From Mobula birostris (taxonomy: Eukaryota): 64,000 nt of DNA. This document shows positions 37,056 through 50,435 of this stretch, one piece after another. The notes beneath the pieces are model-generated. The model had not been told where the DNA came from. It did not search any database and worked only from the letters and a program-made list of their open reading frames with translations. Position 1 is the stretch's first letter. Each line of letters begins with the position of its first letter. Location: NCBI RefSeq assembly GCF_030028105.1, contig NC_092377.1, forward strand, positions 48,300,952 through 48,364,951, written 5' to 3'. Made by a program: the position numbers and the translations under genes.

Positions 37056-37639
37056 GCAAAATTTAAAATAAGAATAAATACAGAAAAGTTAATGTTTCAG
37101 ATGGAAGATCTATTGATTGCAAAGTGATTTTTGGAATCCAAATGTTGTGAAAGACTTTCTTATAAATCTTTCAAAAGTAAAGGATCACTTGTATGATGAT
37201 TAAAAAGAAGTGTAATGTTTGATATGGAAAAAAAAACTGTTGCTACTTGATCAGGGTATATTTAATGTACTGAGTGACCTTTCCAAACTGATATTTAAAA
37301 GTACTTTTTTCACATTAAATATAGTAAAAATATGAAATTTTCCCCTCATAGGATATACATTTTAGAAATAAGCAGCTTTCAAGACTATATGTTTGTTAAG
37401 CATGGGCATCAAGTGATATTGAATGAAAGCAAGAAAATGGAAATGAAGTGCTATTCAGTTTTTGTCTAATTATGGAATTCATCATATATCTATTTCCTAT
37501 ATTATTCATTTGCTTTATTTTCTTATTGCTAATTATGAAAATAGTTTTGGTTATTGTTCATTTTGTCAGAGGACAAAAGGCAATGAAAAGATTTGATAGA
37601 ACTGTTTATGTTTAAGTAGCTCAAGTGTTGTTTCAATGT

Positions 37640-37880
37640 CAGTGAGGGAGCTTTCCTAAACTTCATTTAGGAAACAAATAGTTAAGATTTAGAGTGTTCT
37701 GTCCAAGAGGGCAGTTTCAATAATAGCCTTGAAAATTGAACTCTATAAATGTTTGAACCAGAAAGGGATATGGTAAAACAAAAGGAAACTAGAATGAACT
37801 GGATTGCTCTTTGAAAACGCTGATGCTGACTTGCTGGAATGAATGGTCTCCTTCTGTTTGCACTATTCTATATTCCAATT
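37640..37880 (+). mobile_element. Highly decayed CR1 3' fragment
   Basis: Ends in ggattgctctttgaaaacgctg...gctggaatgaatggtctccttctgtttgcactattcta, a CR1-type tail. Confidence 0.5.
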
Positions 37881-40734
37881 GTATTTTAACTCTCTAGTCT
37901 TTTTTCTTTATGCTGCAGACAATTTTCAAACTTGGGCTGATGGGCACACAATTAATTCCACTTGGAGAGTATTTTTGCTAGCACTGCCTCACAGGATATT
38001 CATTACCCCTGCTCAGGACACTGCATAAGTTCGAATCATGGATGGGTTAAACTCCTCATCTAGTAATCAAAATATAATTATTTAAAAATAACAGACAATT
38101 CTTAAACTAATATCTTCTGTATTAGATTTGAGAATATTCAGTAAACCCTCTAGGTAGTTGGCAAACCATTAATTTGAGTCTCATTGAAAATTAAATAAGT
38201 CTCTAAAATCAATGGGTTTAGATGAGTCTCACTAAACTATCAACATGGCCAGCCACAACTCTGTAAACTCAGAAACCTAGATGAGCTACTTCTATCACTT
38301 AATTAGACCACAGCAGTTCTCTCTCTAACTCCAGCCACTCACATTCTTTACATAACTCTTTACATCCTTGCCTAACAAAACTCATTGATCTCTGATTTGA
38401 GAATTTCATTGCATTTGTCGTCAACAGTATTTGTTGGGTTCAGAGAGCTCCAAATTTACCAAATTTATTTTTAGCGAAGAGATGCTTCCTGATGTCATGC
38501 CTTAATGACCTAGATTTAATGCTTGCTTAAATATTGATCTCTTAAAAAAAAGTCAGAGGAGAACTGAAAATGCTTAAAGAATATTTCATCTGGTTGAAAT
38601 GATTCTGTTTCATACATTACTCATCCATATGAATTTGAACAGACTTGGTTTTAATTAATAATAATAAGAAATCCTTTAGCAGTGAGAAGAGGACATCTTG
38701 TCTTGCTTCCCTAGCTGGGACTCTGAATAATTTATTTGAATGTTACCATAATTCTGACAGGTTTGGCCCATTTGTATTATTCTAGTGAAAATAATTTTGA
38801 ATAACACAATAATGAAGTGGTTTCTTTGTCTTTAAATTGGATATTTCTTAAAAAGGAGACATAGATTGCTAACATGAACTTTCACTTAACTGTAACAACA
38901 GTTAATTTGAATATTTGAAGAATATGTCCATCAAGTCCTATTTCTATCACAGTTGGGTCAATCGATTCTTATTCAAGTAACCTAAAGCTGTTATATTAAT
39001 ATAATCAGAATACTCTTTTATAAAGTAATCATGTTCTGAAAGTATAAACCCAGTTGTTTGAAATGTGGTCAAGATCATCAAAAATAATATAACATGGGGC
39101 ATTCTTTTGAAAATCATTATAGAGTGGATAATAACATATTCTCCCAGGGAATATAGTGTCTCCTTTATTGCAAATCAAGAGTATTTATAGTTAGTAGATT
39201 GTAAGACATGTTACTTCAGGGGATTTCAATTAAAAATCCCATTTGTGCCCAAGAAATTTGTGGCGTAATACTGTAGATCAATTAAGTAATTGGATCTACT
39301 TAACTCCTGTAACGTGTTTACAGTTTGAACAAGTATACTGTGCACAGAATGCTAAAAAGAAAAATCATAATTAAATCTTTAGTTTGTTTCACAAGATAAT
39401 TCATTACATCGGGGACTATTTATTTTTCTTCTCTAACAGAATGATTTATTTTATTTCCTAGTTTTAATTCTCTAACATCTTCTTTTCTTCACTTCTTGAA
39501 ATAAACTGTAATTTTCAGTGCTTTATTGTTCTGACATGATCTTGTTTTCTTGTGCAAAAGTTCTCTACCTGGATTTTCCTATTGAGTTATAAATTGCCAA
39601 AGTAAATACAATGTTGATTGGAAGGCGATTGCAAAAGTTTCCAACATAGAAGTAAATACAATCTCTCTGAGGTCACTCTGGCCTATAACGATAATTTTAT
39701 AATCATTTTTAGCGCCAGTGTCTTTCCAAAACAGGTGTCTCCATTCTTAGCATTTATTTTTGAAACGCGACGAATAATCTCGCATCTACCCCAGAGGCGT
39801 ATTTGTGAATAAATGGAAAAATACGCGAAAACATTAAAGGAACAATTGCTTAGAAAAGGAAGGCGCTGATGAGGTGTAGAGGAAACCTGTTTATTAACTT
39901 TGGACATCTCTTATCACAGACTGCACACAGGACGTTCCAGTTGGATCACCCGTACAATAATTTATATTTTTACAACAATATTGTGTAGTGCCACCCGTTC
40001 ATGTGGATTTCAGATTACTAGCAGCACGATTCTGAGGTAACCGATTATGTTTGTTGTTTCCCTGTGCTGAAATCTGAAAGACTGAAAAATAAAGTAGATT
40101 GCTACTTTATTTGAAACTCAGGAGAGATTGGAAACACGTGCTGCTTTGTGTTGGAGCGAGTATCAAAACAATTTGGAATCCCGACGCTTTGCAGCTTCAG
40201 GGGTAGACCACTTTTTATGCCAAAGTATTAATCGGACATATAGACACATTTTTAAGAGTCCAGGCATTTTTGTTTTGGTTTAATCCGCTGTTGCACATCG
40301 CTAAATCCACTAGTTGCTCATTTCCTTATTTCTGCATCGTAATAGGATGGCATGATTTATTCTCCGCAGGCTTATAAGTAGCTTGTTGAAATATTTTGAT
40401 CTTGTACTTGATACCTTGAAATCTGTATTTAAATCTTACTGCTCTAATACCATTTGAAAATGTTATAATAGGGATATACAGTACTTGAACTGCTTTATTA
40501 ATGAATGTGTTATTTCAATCGAATTTGTTATCTAGAAAATGGCCCTAATAGGAAGAGATACCATAATATTTGCTCTTCTCTCTTTCTTCTCTGAAGGTGT
40601 CCCTGGAGATGTAGAATAATTTCTTTCCATTGCGGGTCTCTGGGTTCTTAGGAGATGAGGCCAGCGAAAAGGAAGGAGCGGGCAGCTAGGTAGCTCGCGA
40701 TATTCTACACCCCTCTCTTTGTTAGCGTTCGGCT

Positions 40735-41250
40735 CCATATGCTACTGACATATGGATTCAAGGTTCTTGATGGCATTCTGAATGCTCCTTCTCCACTTTG
40801 ATAGGTCATTGGCCAGGGACTCCCATGAGTCTCTGATGATGTTACCTTTCATCAAGGAGGTTTTGAGAACATCCTAGAAACTTTTCCGCTACGTACCTGG
40901 TAATCCTTTTACCCTGACGCAACCTGGAAGAGTATGGGAATCTGGAATCTGATGTTGACATGTGAACATCATGGCAGTCCCCTGGAGTGAACTGGCTCCA
41001 AGTGAAGTCTCAATGTTGGGACTGTAGTCTGGGAGAGGGCATTCACATTTACTCTCACACCCTGTCCCAGGGTTTTTAGGATCTTGTGTAAAGATCGACA
41101 GTGATATTTCTCCATTGATATTTGAAGTTATAAGAAGTCCATTGTACAATAGAAGAGGAATCTGCTGTTCATTCCATCATGCGTGTTTGCATGTGAAATC
41201 TTATTCTTCAAAAATTCTTCTCCTTAAAGGAGCAAAGGCTCTTTTAGTGC
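40735..41250 (-). mobile_element. RTE-clade LINE fragment (C-terminal ORF region)
   Basis: Manual minus-strand reading near 40900-40760 gives ...KRITR/RKSF*DVLKTSLMKGNIIRDSWESLANDLSKWRRSIQNAIKN, typical of RTE/BovB-like C-termini. Confidence 0.65.
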
Positions 41251-42311
41251 TCTGGGACAACAGTCAATTTTATTATCAATATCTTTCTTTACTGAGAACA
41301 CTTGGTTGTAGTCTATGTTTTCTAGGATCTTTTTCTGGAATTTTACTGTATTGTACAATGAGGATCTATCAAGTTGAGTTTTGAGCTTGGACATACTGCA
41401 CCCATTGTATTCAATATTGAATTCTCTGACTTAAAGGAACTTTATCTGTCTGTATCAGATCTAGTCATTTAACTTTTGGTTATTCTGTTTGCATAGGCTA
41501 TCGTGCTGAGCCATGTCATTAACTTCATGTGCATGTAGCTGCATTTATTAATACATTCCTCCACCTTTGTCTCTCCTACTGAAAACTAATCTGTTTTTCT
41601 CTCTTTCCCATTTCTGTTTTTATTTGAGTGTTGAATAATGATTCAGCACAAGAACTGATGGTGGCTTTTAGTGGAAGACTGAAGTTGAGATGATATTGTT
41701 CTTGACTGGAGGTGACGGAGAGAAATTAACTCCACTTGAATGGAAAGCATGTTAATGATGAAGTGTAGCATTGAATGAGAAAGAATGAAAAAGATATTGT
41801 GACATTGTTGTGCTTTCACATAAGTCATAGGAAGACTTATGACTTAAGGGGAAAACAGACTGCTGGAGAACAGACAGGCTGAGCAGCATTTGTGGGGTGA
41901 ATGGAATCCTAAGTGATTTGGTTCAAGATCTGATAGCAGGCTCTGCATTACTCTTCACTGCGTCTGGTCCTCCGGTCATTTTCTCCCCAGTTATTACCCT
42001 TTGCTTTCTTCTACTGCACCAATTTTGGATCTAATTTCCCACCATTCATTTGGTCTTCCACTGTTTTAGATTTTTCATCTGTCGTCTTGCAGCTCTTTAT
42101 TAAACTTTTTGTCAAACTGCTTTCAGACCACATACAAACTGCTGTCCTTATCAATTCTAACTGTTACCTTCTCAAAAAAAGCCATTTGTTTGAGGGATGT
42201 ATGTCCTTTGTCACATCCATACCATCTACTCTTGATTAAACTGTGCTTTCCCAAGTGATGTTAGCTACAGCCTTAAGAACGTTGCCTATATTCAGCTCAG
42301 ATGTACTAATA

Positions 42312-43438
42312 TCTATATCAGGATGCTGTTTATTGACTACAGCTCAGCATTTAACGCAATCATTCCTATATTTCTAATTGAAAAGCTTCAAAACTTGGCT
42401 CTCTGTACCTCCCTGTGCAACTGGATCCTTAACTTCCTCGCCGGGAGACCACAATCTGTGCAGATTAGAAATAGTATCTCCACATCACTGACAATCACCA
42501 CTGGTACCTCAAGGATATTGTGCTTAGCCCACTACTCAACTCTCTCTACACCCATGACTGTGTGGCTAGGCAGAGCTCAAATGCCATCTATAAATTTGCT
42601 GATGATACAACAATTGTTGGCAGAATTTCAGATGGTGACTTGAGGGTGTACAAGAGTGAGATATATTAGCTAGTTGAGTGGTGTCACTGCAACAACCTTG
42701 CACTCAATGCCAGTAAGACCAAGAACTAATTGTGGACTTCAGAAAGGGTAAGACAAGGGAACACACACTAATCCTCATTGAGGGGTCAGAAGTGGAGAGA
42801 GTGAGCAGTTTCAAGTTCCTGGATGTCAATATCTCTGAGGAACTTTCCTGGGCCCAACATATTGATACAGCTTCAAAGAAGGCACCAAAGCGGGAATATT
42901 TCATTAAGAGTTTGAGGAGATTTGGTATGTCACCAAAGGCACTTGCAAATTTCTACAGGTGTACCATGGAGAGCATTCTAACTGGCTGCACCACCATCTG
43001 CTATGGGTGAGGGTGCAGGGTACTGGAGAAGACTGAAATAAGCTGCAGAGTTATAAACTTAGCTCCATAGTGGGCATTAACCTCCATAGTATCCAGGACA
43101 TCTTCAAGGACTGATGCCTCAAAAAGGCAGCATCCATCATTAAATACCCCCAACACCTGGGACATATCTTGTTCTCATTGCTACCATCAGGAAGGAGGTA
43201 CAGCAACCTGCAGGCACACACTCAATGATTCCGGAACAACTTCTTCCCCTCTGCCGTCTGATTTCTGAATGGATGTGGAACCCATTAATGCTACTTCACT
43301 ACTTGTTTTTATTTTTATTTTTGCACTCACTGTAACTCACAATTTTTTGCTCTATTATTATGTATTACAGTACATTGCTGCCCCAAAGCAACAATTTTCA
43401 CAGCATATGCCAGTGATACTAAACCTGATTCTGATTCT
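42312..43438 (+). mobile_element. Rex1/Babar-like LINE, 5'-truncated
   Basis: [15 protein letters not shown]...[16 protein letters not shown] and DFRKGK...VERVSSFKFLDVNISEELSWAQHI. Tail ctgattctgattct. Confidence 0.85.
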
Positions 43439-43789
43439 CCCTACCAAAATTAGGCTGATTTGCTTATAAATGCTTGATCTTGTACTTTCCTCTGTTTGAA
43501 GCACATTTCCATATTTGCATTCTTCAACTCCTGAACTGTCCAGCTTGTTCACAAAAAAAGAATTTAAAAATAATCGTCTGAACCTCCACTACTTCCTCAT
43601 TCATTTCACTTAACACATGGAATTCATTTCACCTAAACCTAATAACATGTCTATTTTTTGAACATATTAAGTCACTTAATATTTCCCCTCTATGCTTATC
43701 ATATTAAATGATCTAATTCAAATTTTATTAACATTAATGTAAGTATACTCCTTTGATTTGATAAAAAGGGAGTATATAAACAGAATCAT

Positions 43790-46170
43790 GCACCCTGTCC
43801 GGATTACGGAGGAGGAAGTGTTTGCTTCCCTGAGGTAAATCAGGGTGGATAAATCCCCAGGGCCTGACAAAATGTTCCTGCAGACCCAACAGGAGGTGAG
43901 TGCAGAAATTGTCAGTGCCCTAGCAGAGATATTTAAAACATCTTAAGTGACAGGAGAGGTACCAGTGGACTGGAGGATAGCCAATGTTGTTCCGCTGTTA
44001 AAAAAAGGCTCTAAAGATAAACCAGGAAATTATAAGCCAGTGAGTCTGACATCAGGTGTGGAAAAGTTATTGGAAGGTATTCTAAGGGACGGGATACATA
44101 ACTAGTTGGATAGACATGGACTGATAAAGTATAGTCAGCATGGATTCGTGTGTGGTAGATCACGTTTAACCAAACTTAGAGAGTTTTTCGAGGAAGTTAC
44201 CAGGAAAGTGGATGAAGGCAAGGTAGTGGATGTTGTCTACATGGACTTTAGTAAGACATTTGACAAGGTCCTGCATGGGAAGTTGGTGAAGAAGATTCAG
44301 TCACTTGACATTCAGGATGAGGAAGTAATTTGGGTTAGACATTGGCTTTGTGGGAGAAGCCCAAGTGTGGTGGTAGAGAGTTGCCTCTCTGACTGGAGGC
44401 CTATGTCTAGTGGTGTGTTGCAGAGATCAGTGCTGGGTCCTTTGTTGTTTGTCATTTATATCAGTGATCTCGATGATAACGTGGTTAACTGGATCAGCAA
44501 ATTTGCAAATGACATTAAGGTAGGAAACAGTGAGGAAGGCTATCATGTCTTGCAGAGGGATTTGCATCATCTGGAAAATTGGGCTGAAAAATGGCAGATG
44601 GAACTTAATGCAGACAAGTGTGGTGTTGCCTTCTGGTAAGACTACCAGAGTAGGTCTTACATAGCGAATGGTAGGGCACTGAGGAGTGTGGTAGAACAAA
44701 GGGATCTGGGAATACAGGTGTGTAATTCATTGAAAGTGGTGTGATAGGTAGATAGGGTCGTAAAGAAAGCTTGTGGCACATTGACCTTCATAAATCAATG
44801 TATTGAGTACAGGATGGATAATGTTGAGGAAGCAGGGAGACTGCAGAAGGACTTAGACAGATTAGGAGAATGGGCAAAGAAATCACAGATGGAATACAGT
44901 GTCAGGAATTGTTTAGTCAAGCACTTTGGAAGAAGGAATGAAAGCATAGACTATTTTCAAAATGGGCAGAAGATTCAAAAATCCACGGTGCAAAGTGCCT
45001 TGGAAGTCCTCCTGCAGGATTCCCTAAAGGCTAACTTGCAGTTTGAATCAGTGATGTGATGAGAGGTCGATGGATAGTGGTGAACCGAAGTGCAGAGTGA
45101 AGTCTAGAATTAACTCAGACTCAGACACAAAATAAACAAAATAACAAACAAAATCGAAAGGCAAAATCACAAAGAGTAGTACCCGAAATAGAACTCCTAC
45201 GATTGTGCACAGAGTGCTCAGCACAAGGCCTTTAAGTACAGACAGTATTACGCAGTCTGAGTCTTTAAAGGACAGCAGCAGCTAACCATATCCTGGGGAA
45301 TTGTACTGCCATGACTTGGATGCCTGCCGCTGTTCAGTCCGGACCTTTACAGAACCCCCCCACGGCTGGCAGATGGAACTTAATGCAGACAAGTGTGGTG
45401 TTGCCAGGGTAGATCTTACATACTGAAAGGTAGGGCACTGAGGAGTATGGTAGAACAAAGGGATCTGGGAATATAGGTCCATAATTCATTGAAAGTGGTG
45501 TCACAGTTAGACAGGGTCAGAAAGAAAGCTTTTGGCACATTGGTCTTCATAGATCAATGTACTGACTACAGGAGATGGGATGTTCTATTGAAGTTGTTTA
45601 AAACGCTGGTGAGGTCTAATTTGGAGCATTGTGTGTAGTTTTGGTCACCTACCTACAGGAAAGATGAAAACAAGGTTGAAAGAGTGCAGAAAGAGAGAGA
45701 ATTTACAAGGATGTTGCCGGGTCTCGAGGACCTGATTTATTAGGAAAGATTGAATAGGTTAGGACTGTGTTCTTTATGATGTAGAAGATTGAGAGGAGAT
45801 TTGACAGAGGTATACACAATTATGAAGGGTATAGATAGGATAAATGCAAGCAGGCTTTTTCCACTGAGTTTGGGTGGGACTACAACCAGAGATCATAGGT
45901 TAAGGGTGAAAGGTGAGATGTCTGAGGAGAACACCAGAGGAAACTTCTTCACTCAGAGTCATGAGAGTGTTGAATGAGCTGCTGGCACAAGTGGTGTGTG
46001 CAAGCTCAATTTCAATGTTTAAGAGAAGTCTGGATGGGTACATGGATAGTAGGGATATGGAGGGCTGTGGACCTGGTGCAGGTCAATGGGAGTAGGCAGT
46101 TTAAATGGTTTCAGCATGGACTAGATGGGCTGAAAGAATTGTTGCTATGCTGTACTTCTCAATTACTCTA
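43790..46170 (+). mobile_element. CR1 LINE RT region to 3' end, with an internal duplication and a foreign insert
   Basis: SQHGFVCGRS...DVVYMDFSKTFDKV...SGVLQRSVLGPLLFVIYISDLD...KFAND, LRGDLTEVYTIMKGIDR. The 3' tip atggactagatgggctgaaag is at ~46120. Confidence 0.9.
45055..45362 (-). mobile_element. Gypsy-like LTR (~297 bp, TGT...ACA) with adjacent polypurine tract
   Basis: Minus strand reads tggggggttc|TGTAAAGGTCC ... CCTCTCATCACA. It contains a TTTAAA box and a T-rich segment and is unrelated to the flanking CR1 sequence. Confidence 0.55.
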
Positions 46171-47819
46171 AAGTTGTACACAATGTATTCATTAAGAACC
46201 ATATTTATGCCTTTTATACCTATACGCAGATTACTTTTTTGGTATCTAGTACATCCTATCTTGCCTTCGTAATTCCTTTTCACATTACATATTTTCCTAG
46301 ATTTTTCCCACAAATAGCATTCTGTGCAGTCCCTTTACCTTCCTATTTCCTTCTTAAATTCACCCAGCACTCTCTTTATGCTATAAAGTTCTCTTTTTAT
46401 TTGCTTCATTATACTATATCTGCTGCTCAATAACTGGACAATCTAGATTTGTAAATTCCATTCTTTTTCTTAGTCTGAATGTATGTGTACTGAACTTTAC
46501 CACCTCTTTCTTGAATGTGTCCTTACGTCTTTGTAATGAGAGAGTTAAGAAAAACATTGTTCAGCTTTAATTAAATTACAGCAAAAAAATATAAATATTT
46601 CTCCAGAATCAATGAGAAAATATAAAATGTACATCAATTCTCCAGCTCAGCAATCGACATCAATCACTCAGGATGTACAGCACTGCGGCGCTCTCTGATT
46701 TCTTGCAAGGGAATCCGCAGCATTTCTTAAAAGACACTGTTCATGATAATACAAAGAAGTAGGCTTCAATCAATGTAGCGTCAAATTTTCCATCTCACAG
46801 AATGAGTGTTCACTTCTTCAATATAATCCGTCTCTGCTCCCACTATAAATCCTTTCGTGCTTTTGCTACCTCTAAACTTAATTATTCCTTCTCCTTCTAG
46901 TCTGTGTCTCATCTTTCATGCTGCCTAAAATTAAAGTCAACCCAAACTCCCCTGCATATCCTAACTTATTCTATCCACCTATCAGTGCAGTCCCTGATTA
47001 CCTAGATTAACTACCTGTCCCCATTTGTTTGATTTTGTATTCTTGTCTTCCCATTGCTTCTGATTTACTTCTTCCTGATCTGCTTTCCCACACCATCCAA
47101 TCTCCACCCACCACTCTCAGCCTTACACCTGAGAATGCTTGTATTACTCCAAAGATGATCATTTATTTTGCCCACAATTTCCAGTTGTTCCTCCTTTGTA
47201 CTCTCTCACTTGGGGTCACTGAAGCTCAGTGAATTATCCTGGATGAAATCACCCAACTCAGCACAGACTTCACATAAAAACTGGAACCTTCCTATTCTAT
47301 TTGGTTTTAGCAGAAAACGATGCAATGCAGTTATCCATTGGGCTTTTAGAATTGCTACACTGAAACTAGTTACACATTTATTATAGTCTGGATATGGACT
47401 GCTGAACGTAGTTTACCACTGACAATAAATTGATAAGTCAACTTGGAAACTTTCAGTGAAGTCTATAATTTAATTTAAAATGAGAACTCAGCTTTGATAA
47501 GTGATATTACACATGATATAAAGGGCATTTTATTTGTTATACAGAGATGTCGATGTACATTACACTTAATTGTCCTGTGAATGTGAGTATGAATTGTTTC
47601 TGGTCATGGTTTGACTATGACTCTGTTGGTTAGGGATATAATTACCAGGTGATGAAGAAGGAACAGTAATATATGTTCAAGTCAAAATAGTATTCTTGTG
47701 ATTTTGCTATTCTTAACCTGTATATAGACGATGATGTTGAAATAACTTTATTGATACATCCCATAGATATTAAATACCTCAGTCAGACTGTGATGGGTCA
47801 AATAGGTAAGTCAGTGAGT

Positions 47820-48566
47820 TATAGTGTCATACAGCATGGGAAATTGCAGTTCAGACCAACTGGTCATCTGCCCAATATTCCTATCTAAGCTGGACCCATT
47901 TGTCTGCGTTTGGCCCACATCCCTCTAAACCTTTCCTATCCATGTACCCATCCTAGTCTATTTTTAAATGTTATTAATGTACCAGCCTCAACCACTTCTT
48001 CTGATAGCTCATTCCATATACTGACCAACCTCTCTCACCTCAAGCTTATATCCTCTAGTTCTTGATTCTCCACGGTGCAAAAATTAAAGTGCACATTCAT
48101 CCAATCTATGACTCCCAATTTTATGCACACCTATAGGCTCTCACCTCCCTCTTTTACGCTCCAATGAAAACAGTCCATAGCTACTCAACCGTCTTCCATA
48201 ACTCAGTCCTACAAGTTCCAGCAATCTCTTAAGTCTCCTCTGCATTCTTTCCAACTTAATGGCAACTTTCCTACAGCATGGTGAATAAAACAGAACAAAT
48301 ATTTCCAAAGGTGGCCTCATTGTCTTGCACAACTGCAACATTTTATCCCAACTTCTTTAGTCAATGTCCCAACTGAAGGCCAGCGTGCTAAAAGCCTCCT
48401 TCACCACCCTGTTGATGGCAAGCATCACTTTCAGAAAACTAGGTAATTGTACTCCTTAATCCCTTTGTTGTAGAATACTCCCAAGGCCCTGTTATTCTCT
48501 GTGAAAGTCTTATACTCATTTGTCTTCCCAAAATGCAACACCTTACACTTATCTCCATTTGTTATT
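47820..48566 (-). mobile_element. CR1 3' fragment; probable continuation at ~50440-51300 beyond a nested LINE
   Basis: MLQLCKTMRPPLEIFVLFYSPCCRKVAIKLERMQRRL. The continuation contains the reverse of SKFANGTKI (50515-50545). Confidence 0.75.
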
Positions 48567-50435
48567 CAGAATCAGGCTCAGGTTTAATATCACTGGCATA
48601 TATCATGACATTTGTTTTGCATCAGGAGTACAGTGCAATACATAAAAATGAAAACCGTAAATTATAATAAGTATATGTAAAAAAAGAAAATATGATTAAA
48701 TAAGTAGTGCAAAAATAGAGGAAAAAATAGTGAGGTACTGGTCATGAGATCAATGTCCATTCAGAAATGGCGGAGGGGAAGAAGCAGTTTGTAAAATGTG
48801 GAGTGGTGTCTTCAGGCTCCTGTACCTCCTCCTTGATGGTAGCAATGAGAAGAAGGCCTGTCCTAGGTGATGGGGGTGCTTAATAATGGATGCCACCTTT
48901 TTGAGCTATTGCCTTTTGAAGGTGTCCTGGATGCTGAGGAGGTTAGTATCCATGACAGAGCTACCTGAGTTTACAACTTTCTACAGCTTTTTCCGATCCT
49001 GTATAGTGGCCTTTCCATACCAGATAGTGATGCAACCAGTTAGAATTCTCTCCATGGTACATCTGTAGAAATTTGCGGGTGTTATTGGTGACACACCTAT
49101 TCTTCTCAAACTCCTAATAAAATATAGCTGATGTCAAATATAGCCTTCTTTGTAATTGCATCAATATGTTAGACCCAGGATAGATCCTCAGAGATGTTGA
49201 CACCCAGGAACTTGAAACTGCTTACCCTTTCTACTACTGATCCCTCAATGAGGATGACGTGTGTTCCCTTGACTTCTCCTTTCTGAAGTCAACGATCAAT
49301 TCCTTGGTCTTACTGAGACTAACTGCAAGGTTGTTGCTGATCAGCCAGCTTCTGTACACATCCTCATCACCATCTGAAATTCTGCCAGCAATAGTTAAGT
49401 TGTTGACAGATTTATGGATGCCGTTTGAGCTATGCCTAGCCTCACAATTGCGGGTGTAGAGAGAGTAGAGCAGTGGGCTAAGCACACCATGAGGTTGATT
49501 GTCAGTGAGAAGGAGATGTTTTCGCAGATATGCACAGACTGGTCTCCTGGTGCGGAGGGAGGTACAGAGGCCCATGTTTTGGAGCTTGTTGGTTAGAACT
49601 GAGGGTATGATTGTGTTGAATGCTGATCTGCAATCAATAAATAGCAGGTTTACATAGGTATGTATTGCTATTGATCAGCTGTCCTAAGGCCAAGTGGAGA
49701 GCCAATGAGATTGCATCTGCTGTAGACCTATTGTGGCGAGTGGAAAATTACAGTGGGTCCCAGTTCTTGCTTAGGCAGGAGGTCATTCTGGCCATGACCA
49801 ACCTCCCAAAGCACTTCATTCCAGTAGACATGAATGCAGCTGGTCAGTAGACATTGAGGCAGCTCACCCTGCTCCTGTTGGGCACTGGTATGATTGTCAC
49901 CCTTTTGAAGCAGGTGGGAATCTCTGACTTCAGCAGTGAGAGATTGATGATGTCCTTGAATACTCCTGCCAGTTGGTTGGCATAGGTTTTCAGAGCCCCA
50001 GCAGGTGCACCTTCAGGGCCTGGGGCCCTGCAAGATATCAGAGGTTTTCAGAGCCCCAGCAGGTGCACCATCAGGGCCTGGGGCCTTGCGAGGTTTCTCT
50101 GACATTGCCCCCTGAGACAGAGAACACAGGGTCACCAGGTACGCACAGGTGTGGTTTTATTCTCCCTTTCAAAGTATGCATGAAAGGTGTTGAGTTCAAC
50201 TGGGAGTGATGCATCATGGCCATTCATGATGTTAGGTTTTGCTTTGTAGGAAGTAATGGCCTGGATGTCATGCCAAAACTGACGCGCATCCAATTCCATT
50301 TCTAACCTTGATTGGAATTGCTTTTTTTTTGCTCTTAAAGCAGTATTCTAAAGATTGTACCTGAACTTTTTGTATATTTCTGGATCATTATTCTTTAATG
50401 CCATAGACCTAGCCCACAGCAGACCACGAATCTCT
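48567..50435 (-). mobile_element. Rex1/Babar-like LINE nested in CR1
   Basis: Starts with the reversed tail cagaatcagg. Peptides include GVLSPLLYSLYT and SKTKELIVDFRK. It is homologous to 42312-43438. Confidence 0.85.

Noticed and set aside
44106-44639. RT ORF as an active or domesticated gene or retron-like system
   Set aside because: It is a fragment of a frameshifted CR1 with a degenerate catalytic motif (FAND instead of FADD).
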